This document shows, piece after piece, positions 55,358 through 64,000 of a stretch of DNA of 64,000 nt. Position 1 is the first letter of the stretch; every line of letters starts with the position of its first letter. The DNA comes from an uncultured virus (IMG/VR IMGVR_UViG_3300025653_000027) (lineage: Duplodnaviria; Heunggongvirae; Uroviricota; Caudoviricetes), in the IMG/VR virus record IMGVR_UViG_3300025653_000027. One strand, given 5' to 3'. A program made the position numbers and the translations under genes. The notes below the pieces were generated by a model that worked only from the letters and a program-made list of their open reading frames with translations, was not told the origin of the DNA and searched no databases.

Positions 55358-56047
55358 ATGTCAGATTATTTGCCTGCAATTAATTTAATCTGCAAATTCC
55401 AGGGCTACAACGAAAAGGCATACCCAGATGTAGAAACAGGTGGTTCGCCGTATTCAATTGGGTACGGAACACAATTTTATCCAGACGGTTCTCCAGTGTG
55501 TGCGGGGCAACTATGCACTGAAGAGAAAGCAATGGAATACTTGATTAATGAAGTAGAAGCAATTAACGCAGACTTAGATACAATTAATTTAAGGCTCGAC
55601 GATTCCATGCGTCATGCCTTGATTTCATTTATACATTCAGTCGGTTGGGAGGCTTTCCTCTACAGCGAACTGGTCGACTGTATTGGAAATGAGAACTGGA
55701 ATGGTGTCGCCATTGAGTTCTCAAGATGGATTTTCGATTTTAACTATCGCGTCATTGGCAATCTTGTGGATCGCCGTAGGGAAGAAATCAAATTATTCTT
55801 GGAAGATTTGGAAGGCAATGCATGGCTTTCCAATGAGATTTTATTGACTGCGTTCCGTAATTATTCAGCTGCACCACATCAAGTCAGGGCAATCAGAAAG
55901 CTAGAAGAAAGCCTTAGCCCTTATGTCTTGGCTGAGTTTGCAAATGATTTTGACATTGCTGACAGCCCCTGGATCCCGCATTTTGAAATGGATGCGTCAG
56001 ATTTTCTCTTTGAGCTAGATCCAGAGCTTGACAACGAATGGACTTAG
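55358..56047 (+). CDS. GH24 phage lysozyme with Gln at the catalytic Glu position
   Basis: ICKFQGYNEKAYPD....PYSIGYGT, ALISFIHSVG, LVDRRREEIKLF; TATGAT at 55329. Confidence 0.8.
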   Translation: MSDYLPAINLICKFQGYNEKAYPDVETGGSPYSIGYGTQFYPDGSPVCAGQLCTEEKAMEYLINEVEAINADLDTINLRLDDSMRHALISFIHSVGWEAFLYSELVDCIGNENWNGVAIEFSRWIFDFNYRVIGNLVDRRREEIKLFLEDLEGNAWLSNEILLTAFRNYSAAPHQVRAIRKLEESLSPYVLAEFANDFDIADSPWIPHFEMDASDFLFELDPELDNEWT

Positions 56048-56077
56048 AATAAATTAACGGAACAACAAGAGTGATTC

Positions 56078-56368
56078 ATGGAGAGATCAGCAGAACCTCG
56101 TGAATACGAGTTACCTTTAGAGTTGCAGTTTTCCATGCGGCGTGCTGAGCTGCAAGCTCAGGAGATGACCTGGGAAGAACTGCATGCAGCACTATTGAAT
56201 TTGTTCCACCAGCGCATGATGGAATGGCAGGCAGTAAAACAAATCCTGGAATCTGAAAATATCAAAATTGAGTTTGATACTCCCACAGACGTTGAACTTG
56301 CAGAGTTAGCCGCCGCCTACATGATGGAAGAAGACGACGACTCGGAAGATCCGTTTCTGCCTTACTAA
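56078..56368 (+). CDS. nblA: NblA-like phycobilisome degradation protein
   Basis: ELPLELQFSMRRAELQAQEMTWEELHAALLNLFHQRMME...VKQIL matches NblA LSLEQQF...QVQ.MS.EQ...L..LY.Q.M. Confidence 0.7.
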   Translation: MERSAEPREYELPLELQFSMRRAELQAQEMTWEELHAALLNLFHQRMMEWQAVKQILESENIKIEFDTPTDVELAELAAAYMMEEDDDSEDPFLPY

Positions 56369-56901
56369 ATACTCTCGTCTAGTTCAATAAGACGTTTGAG
56401 ATAAAATTCAGCTTTCTTTAGCGATTCGGTTTGCCCTTTCTTTTTTTCTCTCCAGACATATTTTGCAATATTTCCTTTCAGATACCCTCTGTATTCTTCT
56501 TTGGTTAATTGCGCTTCAATTGCCTCTATACATTCAATAGAGCCATTTTCTGCGTAATGGTCAGGGTGATTAACGTTGTCAACAATAATATCTAACGTCG
56601 TCGTAACACCAGGGGCGAGTTCTTCTTGAGCAACAGCCCAGGGAACAGGACAGACTCCCCCTGGGCAATCAGACAAAAGATGATTGTCGAGTTCCTCTAC
56701 CGGGTCAAACCACGTCTTTTCTGGGACAGGAGCATCTCGGTCGTAATGTTGGCTGGAGGTAGATTCTGGAGCCGCCCCACGGGCATGGGTACCGTTCCCG
56801 GATATTTTGCTGCTTCCTCCACGCTCGGGATGTAACCCGTCTGACCAGGTCTCTTCATTCCCTCCAGGTGCAGATTCTTTCGCTCCAACCCTTGTTCGCA
56901 T
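56365..56901 (-). CDS. DUF3310/SaV-like protein
   Basis: DNVNHPDHY....IECIEAI......YLKGNIAKYVWR...KG..ESLKKAEFYL. Confidence 0.8.
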   Translation of the reverse strand: MRTRVGAKESAPGGNEETWSDGLHPERGGSSKISGNGTHARGAAPESTSSQHYDRDAPVPEKTWFDPVEELDNHLLSDCPGGVCPVPWAVAQEELAPGVTTTLDIIVDNVNHPDHYAENGSIECIEAIEAQLTKEEYRGYLKGNIAKYVWREKKKGQTESLKKAEFYLKRLIELDESI

Positions 56902-57050
56902 GCTGCTAACCCACGATTATACATATCGTATAAGGGTACATCATTTTCTTCGTTTGCCAACGGTTGGCCAAAATCTAACTCACTTAAGCAGCGATTTTTA
57001 ACTTCGTCGTTATCTTCTAAAAAAGAGCCTAAGAAACCTACGGCATCCAT
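56697..57050 (-). CDS. Hypothetical protein
   Basis: ORF. Confidence 0.6.
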   Translation of the reverse strand: MDAVGFLGSFLEDNDEVKNRCLSELDFGQPLANEENDVPLYDMYNRGLAACEQGLERKNLHLEGMKRPGQTGYIPSVEEAAKYPGTVPMPVGRLQNLPPANITTEMLLSQKRRGLTR

Positions 57051-57086
57051 TTTTGCTACTTGATTTATTCCTTTTACAATAATACT

Positions 57087-57461
57087 ATGGCAAGTTTCTT
57101 TGATCCCACCTACGATCCCAGGCAGGACTCGGGTTCTTCTGGTGTTGAAGTATCTGATTTAAATCCAGAACGCTTATATGACACAGACTTGCGTCGTGTT
57201 GATGAAGACGCTCGAGCTTCTGCTGAATCAGTAAACGATAAACAAAGGCGTGTTGCCAGATTTATGAAATCAGCCAAAGCTGCTGGTAAATACAAACAGC
57301 GGGCTGGTATTGCAGAACCAACGATCAGAGGTAAAACCCCAAGAGGAATTGCCTCGATCGCTGGAACAGAACTCCCAAGTTTAGGTGACCGAATTGGCCG
57401 GGGAGGGAGCGTTAGCTACGCGGATAAACCCCAGCCATTTGGTGGGAAGCCTTATTACTAA
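57087..57461 (+). CDS. Hypothetical protein
   Basis: MASFFDPTYDP...; TACAAT at 57075. Confidence 0.6.
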   Translation: MASFFDPTYDPRQDSGSSGVEVSDLNPERLYDTDLRRVDEDARASAESVNDKQRRVARFMKSAKAAGKYKQRAGIAEPTIRGKTPRGIASIAGTELPSLGDRIGRGGSVSYADKPQPFGGKPYY

Positions 57462-58045
57462 ACTTTAGAGAAGACCACTTCCTTCTTCTGGTTCTGGTAC
57501 TTACCCTTGCGGTCTTGGTAAGTCACGGAGCAGTTTTTGCCGCGATAGAACAAGAGCTGAGTAATACCTTCATCCGCATAAATACGGTTGAAGAGTCCTG
57601 TGCAGTTACTGATCTCCAGGGTCAAGTAACCTTCCCAGCCAGACTCTGCTGGTGTGATGTTGACCAAAATGCCAGATCGAGCGTAGGTCGATTTACCAAC
57701 TGCAACAACGGTCACATCTCGAGGTAATTTAAGCCGCTCTTGAGCCACACCCAAGCAATAACCATATGGAGGTAGCAAGAAGTACTTTCCTTGTTCATCC
57801 TCTAGGAGTTCGGTGGGCTTAAGAATATCAGGATCAAAGTTTTTTGGGTCGCAATCGCCAGCTTGAATTTTGCCGAAAACAAGACATTGTTCAGGAGACA
57901 ACCGAATGTCGTATCCATACGAACTCAGGCCGTAGCTCAGAATTTTTTTGCCATCACGTTCACTTTCTAGATGGTCAACAAAAGGAGAGATCATATCCTT
58001 TTCAACCGCCAGATCCCTGATCTCCCAATCCGCTAATACGGACAT
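57458..58045 (-). CDS. dcd: dCTP deaminase
   Basis: SYGLSSYGYDIRL, GKSTYARSG, PAESGWEGYLTLE, Y.DRKGKYQNQ; ATG at 58045. Confidence 0.93.
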   Translation of the reverse strand: MSVLADWEIRDLAVEKDMISPFVDHLESERDGKKILSYGLSSYGYDIRLSPEQCLVFGKIQAGDCDPKNFDPDILKPTELLEDEQGKYFLLPPYGYCLGVAQERLKLPRDVTVVAVGKSTYARSGILVNITPAESGWEGYLTLEISNCTGLFNRIYADEGITQLLFYRGKNCSVTYQDRKGKYQNQKKEVVFSKV

Positions 58046-58082
58046 TCCCTTATTGCATCGAAGTACACAGTATAAATAAAAA

Positions 58083-58673
58083 TCAGGCCAAAACTCGACC
58101 TTTCTCGGAATAAACGTCGATAAATCGTTGCGTTGCTTGTCCGCAATCCCACTTAGGCTGCAGATAAACAATCACAGATGTGCAGGTTTTGTGGTTGCTC
58201 ACACCTTCTGCAGTATTTTTTAAAAGCATTGGCACTGTACGTGGAATACACACAGGGAAATCAAATATCTTTTGCTCGTACCGGATCATGTCCGGACAAT
58301 TACTAAAGTAAATAGCCTGCTCAATATCATTGTCAAGCCAGCTTTTATAAAGTTTTGAGAACCAGACAGCATGGGATGATCTCAAGCTTGGTGAGCTACC
58401 CCTTGTTTTTTTCCATTTATCTTGTTTTTTATCCCAGAAGTAAGCACCTGCTGGTGGGAACAGATAAACTTTACCGAACCAATCCTGGCAATTTAAACCA
58501 TCATCGGATGGTGTAAAAAATTGATCTGCCTGGACGTGTTCATTGGCAACCTTGGAACTAGCAACATCTAAATCAATATTGCCCATCACTTCATTTGCAG
58601 AAGTAATAAAGTCCCAACTTGAGATCAGCTCAAGGTCTTCCCTCAGACCTTTTCTGATATCGGGTATTGCCAT
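58083..58673 (-). CDS. Phage Dam-type N6-adenine methyltransferase homologue with FPPA instead of NPPY
   Basis: IDLDVASS..AN.....FFT..DDGL..DW.GKVYLFPPAG. Confidence 0.65.
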   Translation of the reverse strand: MAIPDIRKGLREDLELISSWDFITSANEVMGNIDLDVASSKVANEHVQADQFFTPSDDGLNCQDWFGKVYLFPPAGAYFWDKKQDKWKKTRGSSPSLRSSHAVWFSKLYKSWLDNDIEQAIYFSNCPDMIRYEQKIFDFPVCIPRTVPMLLKNTAEGVSNHKTCTSVIVYLQPKWDCGQATQRFIDVYSEKGRVLA

Positions 58674-59059
58674 TACTTTTCAGACTCTTTGTTGTAGTCG
58701 ACTTCAAAATAACGAATCCCTTCTGCATCATTGATGATGTAACCAGCTTTTTCTTCTGGATCAATTTTTTGTGCTGCAGCAAGAATGCGGCGAAATGATT
58801 CAGCCATGTCTCCTTCGTTACTGCGCTCACAATCTTCTTGAGCAGCGTGGATTTCTTTCAAGGTCCAGAAAAACATGGACCGCTCACGGTTTTGGGGCTG
58901 GAACACCATCACCCCTGGTCCTTCTGCTGCCCACATTTTTACGTATTGTTCACCCATATCACCCAATACCAACCTGACGACGGTATCGAGGGATTTTTCA
59001 GCGATGCTACCTTCAGCTCCATTGAGGGCTGCAGCAATTAATTTTTCTCTACGATTCAC
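58673..59059 (-). CDS. Hypothetical protein
   Basis: ORF coupled to neighbours. Confidence 0.65.
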   Translation of the reverse strand: MNRREKLIAAALNGAEGSIAEKSLDTVVRLVLGDMGEQYVKMWAAEGPGVMVFQPQNRERSMFFWTLKEIHAAQEDCERSNEGDMAESFRRILAAAQKIDPEEKAGYIINDAEGIRYFEVDYNKESEK

Positions 59060-59535
59060 TGTTTTATTAGACCGTGCTTTACCAGGGATTCTAGAAGTTT
59101 AGGCAGAGGTTTGTAAATGACAACCAACTTGCCGAGGTTACCTCTTTTTTTAATTAGTTTTCCGTTTTCGTCTTTTAGCTTGTCAAATTCACCAGAACGT
59201 ATAAGATATTCCGCCACGCAACGTAACCGACGTTTAAGAGGAAGTTCCGCAGAAGGAAACTTACCGCAGATTGTGTCAGGCTCCATATCTTTAAAGGCCA
59301 AACGCAATCGATTGGCCAGCGTCATATTTGAATTTTCATCTTCTTCTTCATAGTTGCGAACATTCTCTAAATATCGGCGCAAACAGATGTCGTCAAACGA
59401 ACCTTCAGGAGGCAAAAACATTTCAACCTGGAGAGACAAGGAACTGGGTAGCAGTTCCCTGTGATTCTCAACCGTTATCAGTGACAGGTCGATGTCTTTA
59501 AACCGATGTGCCATTACGCTTATCGTGCTGTTCAC
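59056..59535 (-). CDS. Hypothetical protein
   Basis: ORF. Confidence 0.65.
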   Translation of the reverse strand: MNSTISVMAHRFKDIDLSLITVENHRELLPSSLSLQVEMFLPPEGSFDDICLRRYLENVRNYEEEDENSNMTLANRLRLAFKDMEPDTICGKFPSAELPLKRRLRCVAEYLIRSGEFDKLKDENGKLIKKRGNLGKLVVIYKPLPKLLESLVKHGLIKQ

Positions 59536-59932
59536 TCAGACCTTCTCTCTTGTACTTGGGTTTTCGTTCTTGGAAATCTTCTGATTGAATCGTTCGGTTT
59601 TTTGCAAAGGATTGAACCAGGCGATTCCATGGAACCCGAATCAACGCTTTCTTTTTTTCCTCTGGACGAACGTTGACGTAATGCACACCAGCTTTCCAGC
59701 CCTTATCAGGATGTTTTCTGCCGATGGCAATCCAGTTCCTGATGGTTTGATCTGAAACCTGGAGACGACGAGCACATTCTTCTGTTGAGATGTATTCGTC
59801 AGTAAATAATTCAGGTGACAACTCTTGCGGGTTATCTCCTTGTTGGCTATGCCATATTGAATTTAACGCATTTTTGATCGCTTTTAATTCATGCGCTACG
59901 TCTTCCAATCCTTTCCGAATTCCGTACTGCAT
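59498..59932 (-). CDS. Excisionase-like HTH protein
   Basis: YISTEECARRLQVSDQTIRNWI......GWKAGVHY. Confidence 0.7.
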   Translation of the reverse strand: MQYGIRKGLEDVAHELKAIKNALNSIWHSQQGDNPQELSPELFTDEYISTEECARRLQVSDQTIRNWIAIGRKHPDKGWKAGVHYVNVRPEEKKKALIRVPWNRLVQSFAKNRTIQSEDFQERKPKYKREGLSEQHDKRNGTSV

Positions 59933-59987
59933 GTCTCGCTTTGTTTTGTTTAAATGCTAATGTATGGGAAAAGATTTCGTTAGTTAA

Positions 59988-60341
59988 ATGGAAGGCGTTC
60001 CTCAATCCCAGGAGCCTGTTGCATCGGTCCCCCCTGTGGAACAGCCTGCTCAATTCCAGCAGCCGGAAATAACGCCAGAGTATTTCGAGGCGCTTAAGGC
60101 AAAAGCTCGTCAGGATGCCATCAGGCAAGTCATGGAGCAACGCGCTCAACATGCTCAGCTTCAGCAACAACAAGTAGCGGTAGCACCCGTCCAACCTGAA
60201 GTTGTTTATGTCCGTAGAAATCTCACCGTTGCAGAAGTAATTTTGGTTTTTGCTTTGTCTTGTGGCATGGTTGTTGGCCTGCAAGCAGGCTGGAGTTTTG
60301 CATCTAATTTGCTTCCAAAGATCGAGATACGTGTAAAATAA
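59988..60341 (+). CDS. Gln-rich protein with C-terminal TM helix
   Basis: VILVFALSCGMVVGLQAGW TM segment. Confidence 0.6.
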   Translation: MEGVPQSQEPVASVPPVEQPAQFQQPEITPEYFEALKAKARQDAIRQVMEQRAQHAQLQQQQVAVAPVQPEVVYVRRNLTVAEVILVFALSCGMVVGLQAGWSFASNLLPKIEIRVK

Positions 60342-60392
60342 GCTGAATAAAGATCGCCTATAATTCAATTTATAGGCTTTTTGGTTTAGTAG

Positions 60393-62579
60393 GTGGCTAA
60401 TAGGCGCGTAACAGAATTACCAGCTATTTTGTCATCAAATATTGATGACGACGATCTTTTGATGGTCGTTGATGTAGCGGAAGTAGACCCTGGTCTAAAA
60501 AATAAGAAGCTTACTTTTGCAGCCACAAAACAATACTTTAATAGCTACTACCTTCAAATTACCGGTGGAACCATTGCTGGTTCCTTAATTATTACCAACG
60601 ACTTAACAGTCAGCGGTACTTTTAACCCTGAAAACATTGAGGTCAGTGGTACAGGTACATTTGCACATCTGGTTGTTACCGGTGATGCAAAAGTACAGGG
60701 CACTTTAAGCGGTGCAACGATTACCGGTGACATTATTCAAGGGGCAAACATCAATGCCTCTACCGGTAATATCACAAACTTACTTTCCGATTTAGCAACA
60801 ATCGGAACAGGTAATTTTATTCGTCTTAGCGGACAAACAATTACAGGCAACACTGTTTCTTTTGGAACAGGAACTATATTTAGCCTGACGGGAACTAACG
60901 CAAACATATCTAATATTTCTGGTACCAACATCACAGGTACCAACATTGTTGGCACAACACTTGTTTCTGGTGCAACCGTAACGGGTGACTCCGTTAAGGG
61001 AACAACGATTACCGGTATCTCCGGTACGTTTACTTCCCGTGTTTCTGGTGCATCGATTACTGGTGACACCTTAAACGCAACAATTGTTACCGGTGTATCA
61101 GGAACATTTACTTCTTATTTATCCGGCGCAACAATTACTGGCGACAGTGTTTCTGTCGAACTGATTACTGGCGTTAGTGGTGACTTCACTTATTTATCTG
61201 GTGGCACCATTACGGGTGTTACTGGTCTATTCGATCAGATCACAACAGATACATTAGTTGCAACAACACAAGTATCCGGCGCTGTTATTACCGGAGACTT
61301 TGCTCGGTTCTCTAACGTCACAGGCATCAGCGGTGTTTTTACCGATGTTGTTTCAGGTGCAATCGTTACTGGCGTTACTGCACGTTTCACTAATGTCACC
61401 GGAGTTTCTGGAACATTTACACATGTTTCAGGAACGACAGTTACAGGAACAACTGGACTGTTCTCTACACTTACTGCACTAACTGGTACATTCACCGACA
61501 CAATTAATATTCCGACAATTGCCACCACAGGTGACATTGTTGCTGGTGGGAACTTAATTGTCAGTGGAAGTGGCACCATCTCTTCTGGCTTTACGGTTAG
61601 CGGAACAATTTCTGGTGGCACTGTAACCGGTATCACCGGTATCTTTGGTGATTTAACAGGAAACCAAATTTATGGCCTGACCTTTGTTTCTGGTTTTACT
61701 GTTACAGGTGCCAGCGGTAACTTCACAAGGGTCAATGCGCAGACTGGAGTCTTTAGCAACTATCTAAGTGGCTCCTCAATTACAGGAAATACATTCAGCG
61801 GTACATCTGGAACATTTACAAGCGGTATTTTCACAGGTGTTTCCGGAGGAACAATTACAGGTGTCACCGGATTATTTGCAAACCTGACTGGCGTATCTGG
61901 AACATTTACTACTCGTGTTTCTGGTTTAACAGTTACAGGTCAAACTGGCCTGTTTGCAAATCTCACTGGCGTATCCGGAACATTTACCGATCAGGTTTCC
62001 GGTGCTTACATTACAGGAACATTAATTGAAGCTGTAACAGTTACTGCTGTAACTGGTAACTTCACCGTTGCAAACTTTACAGAAACAACAACAGGTTCTG
62101 TTCTTGCTAGTGGCTCTGGTTTCTTTGGTAACACCGTTCAAGGTGCCATTCTTAAGACACCTTATTCTTTAACAGGAACAACAACGTATCTGATTCAAAG
62201 CGGAACAAACGGTTTCTCAATCGGCAGCACAGTACTTGAAACTGGAGCTACCGTCTCAATCGCTAGTGGTTCGGATTGGTACGTTTACGAAGAATCAAGC
62301 GGTTACAAACTTATTGTTGAAGTTACTGGTGATATCACTGGTGTTCCAGGAGCAATGCACGTTCTCTTCTCTGGTGCAACAATTACTCTTCCCGGAAGCC
62401 CTGCAACAGGTGAGTGGCTGAGTTTTGTTAACCGGAGCAATACGATTACCAGTGTTGTCAATCGAAATGGAAACAATATTGTTGGCAGTGGTTCAAACTT
62501 GACAATTGACGATCTGAATGGCAAGTTTGAGATGACTTATATTAATAGTACTGAAGGTTGGACAATTAACCTGGCATAA
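60393..62579 (+). CDS. Tail fibre or spike with SGxTITG repeats
   Basis: MANRRVTELP N-terminal anchor; many (V/L)SG(A/G/T)T(I/V)TG repeats. Confidence 0.8.
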   Translation: MANRRVTELPAILSSNIDDDDLLMVVDVAEVDPGLKNKKLTFAATKQYFNSYYLQITGGTIAGSLIITNDLTVSGTFNPENIEVSGTGTFAHLVVTGDAKVQGTLSGATITGDIIQGANINASTGNITNLLSDLATIGTGNFIRLSGQTITGNTVSFGTGTIFSLTGTNANISNISGTNITGTNIVGTTLVSGATVTGDSVKGTTITGISGTFTSRVSGASITGDTLNATIVTGVSGTFTSYLSGATITGDSVSVELITGVSGDFTYLSGGTITGVTGLFDQITTDTLVATTQVSGAVITGDFARFSNVTGISGVFTDVVSGAIVTGVTARFTNVTGVSGTFTHVSGTTVTGTTGLFSTLTALTGTFTDTINIPTIATTGDIVAGGNLIVSGSGTISSGFTVSGTISGGTVTGITGIFGDLTGNQIYGLTFVSGFTVTGASGNFTRVNAQTGVFSNYLSGSSITGNTFSGTSGTFTSGIFTGVSGGTITGVTGLFANLTGVSGTFTTRVSGLTVTGQTGLFANLTGVSGTFTDQVSGAYITGTLIEAVTVTAVTGNFTVANFTETTTGSVLASGSGFFGNTVQGAILKTPYSLTGTTTYLIQSGTNGFSIGSTVLETGATVSIASGSDWYVYEESSGYKLIVEVTGDITGVPGAMHVLFSGATITLPGSPATGEWLSFVNRSNTITSVVNRNGNNIVGSGSNLTIDDLNGKFEMTYINSTEGWTINLA

Positions 62580-62584
62580 ATAGA

Positions 62585-63454
62585 ATGACAAATCTAAGTG
62601 ATCTAACTCCTGGTGGAGGCGGTGGCGCCGCTCTTAATTACCAAGAGTTTACTTCAAATGGAACTTGGACCAAGCCAGATAATGTAACCTGGGTTGAAGT
62701 TGAAGTTGTAGGTGGCGGTGGCGGTGGCGCTAGTGGAAGAAAAGGTGCTTCCAATACTAGAACCAATGGTGGATCAGGTGGTTGGGGAAGTCCTATAACT
62801 AAGAAAATTTTTGCTGCTAGTTCTCTAGGATCAACAGAGTCAATTACTATTGCCGCTGGCGGAACCGGTGGAGCTTCTGTTACAGCGGATAGTACAAACG
62901 GTAATGATGGTGCAGATGGTGGCACATCATCATTTGGATCTCATCTTACTAGTGGTTTTGGAACAAGAGGCAAAGGTGGTGACGATGTATCAACTGGGAC
63001 TTATGCTTACGACAACACAACCCCATTTGCTCTTTTAGACTCTGCTTATAATAACCATAGATATATAGGACCAGGTGGATCCCGCACCACTAATTATCAA
63101 CAAATTTACGCTTCTGCTGGTGGTTATGAAGGCTGGTGTGGCGCCGGGGGCGGTGGCGGTGCTGCATTTAACACTACTAGTTATCTAGCAACTCCTGGAG
63201 GTTGGAATCCTTCTGATGCTCCAGGTACCAATAACGCTGGGTCGACCGATGGCGAATCAGGTGGAAGTATTTCTGCCGGTGGACTTAGTGGTGGTGGTGG
63301 TGGCGCTCCAAATCAAACTGGAGATGCTGGTGACGGTGGCAATGCAGCGATAGGTGGAGGTGGTGGCGGCGGTGGTGCGTCGTTTAACGGTCAAGGCGAT
63401 TCAGGTGCTGGTGGAAACGGCGGCGGTGGCCGCATCCGTGTTTGGGCCTGGTAA
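62585..63454 (+). CDS. Glycine-rich tail-associated protein
   Basis: FTSNGTWTKP..V..V.VEVVGGGGGG...GG.GGGGRIRVW. Confidence 0.75.
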   Translation: MTNLSDLTPGGGGGAALNYQEFTSNGTWTKPDNVTWVEVEVVGGGGGGASGRKGASNTRTNGGSGGWGSPITKKIFAASSLGSTESITIAAGGTGGASVTADSTNGNDGADGGTSSFGSHLTSGFGTRGKGGDDVSTGTYAYDNTTPFALLDSAYNNHRYIGPGGSRTTNYQQIYASAGGYEGWCGAGGGGGAAFNTTSYLATPGGWNPSDAPGTNNAGSTDGESGGSISAGGLSGGGGGAPNQTGDAGDGGNAAIGGGGGGGGASFNGQGDSGAGGNGGGGRIRVWAW

Positions 63455-63470
63455 CTAAAGGAGGTAACCC

Positions 63471-63716
63471 ATGATTTACGCAGTTTTGAATTCAGAAGGT
63501 AAGTGCATCAACCGTGTCGTTTGGAATGGCGATACTTCAATTTGGTCTCCACCAGAAGGTTGCACTGCTGTTTGCGATGACGATTGTTGTCATCCAATTG
63601 AGAATGAACATCCTCCCGTGGTTGAATCAAACCCAGAGGAAGAAGTTCAAGATTTTTTAAACGCATTAACTCCTGAACAGAAAGAAGCTTTGATTTCTCT
63701 TTTGAGCCAGCAATAA
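63471..63716 (+). CDS. Tail-fibre-associated small protein
   Basis: GGAGG SD; YAVL...G.CINRVVW.G...W.PP.G. Confidence 0.6.
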   Translation: MIYAVLNSEGKCINRVVWNGDTSIWSPPEGCTAVCDDDCCHPIENEHPPVVESNPEEEVQDFLNALTPEQKEALISLLSQQ

Positions 63717-63756
63717 TTGGTCAAAATAGAATAGAACTACTAATTACAGATAAATA

Positions 63757-64000
63757 ATGGCATACGGTCGAGCCAGAATAAAACAACTCATTTGGAATTC
63801 AGGGGGCGGTGATACTGTCTTCGACTACAACAGTGGGATTCGAAATGGCGACAATTACAGCGGTGGTGTCCTTCAGGCTCAATCGATTACAGGAATAACT
63901 GGAACCTTTACGGTTTCGGTGTCCGGTGCAGAAATTCAGGCTGATAATTTAAATACAACTACCTTAAGCGGCGTTTCTGGGATATTCACAGCACTTGCCT
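63757..64000 (+). CDS. Tail fibre-like protein, 3'-truncated by the window
   Basis: MAYGRARIKQLIW...SITGITGTFT..VSG; TAGAAT at 63727. Confidence 0.6.
   Translation, partial: MAYGRARIKQLIWNSGGGDTVFDYNSGIRNGDNYSGGVLQAQSITGITGTFTVSVSGAEIQADNLNTTTLSGVSGIFTALA

Noticed and set aside
60393..62579. Diversity-generating retroelement or DNA-level tandem repeats in the tail fibre
   Set aside because: Repeats are protein-level SGxTITG units with divergent codons; no reverse transcriptase or adenine-specific TR/VR pair was seen
1..64000. Stop-codon reassignment or a phage-encoded RNA polymerase
   Set aside because: Core genes translate intact with the standard bacterial code using all three stops, and no RNAP motifs were recognised in this window

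Overview
A 64-kb part of a tailed dsDNA cyanophage genome. It carries an hli gene, NblA-like genes, a T7-type family A DNA polymerase, ThyX, dCTP deaminase, TerL, portal and an N4-gp56-type major capsid. This gene set recalls the S-EIV1-like lineage, an impression that is not verified. Layout: 1-7.2 kb (+) hli, a sugar-modification cluster, an R-S-E ADP-ribosyltransferase and tRNA-Thr; 7.2-27.7 kb mostly (-) replication genes, tRNA-Leu and an early region of small ORFs; 27.7-28.5 kb a divergent control region with two cyanobacterial-type DnaA boxes; 28.5-64 kb mostly (+) virion, packaging and lysis genes plus tail fibres. Most notable observations: (1) the early genes are separated by several families of covarying structured repeats, including tRNA-elbow-like elements that start at the upstream gene's stop codon, giving a cassette-like array; (2) the ADP-ribosyltransferase shares a C-terminal domain with a virion-module protein, and an AG[KR][YF] motif recurs in eight late-type proteins, suggesting a virion-loaded effector and processing system; (3) a tandem gene duplicate differs by about 25 synonymous codons but only 1 amino acid; (4) portal and scaffold overlap by 560 nt; (5) several apparent pseudo-enzymes occur (integrase remnant, E->Q lysozyme, FPPA methyltransferase); (6) a -10-only promoter sits about 30 nt before many late genes. 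All family assignments come from motif recognition by eye; no database searches were run.
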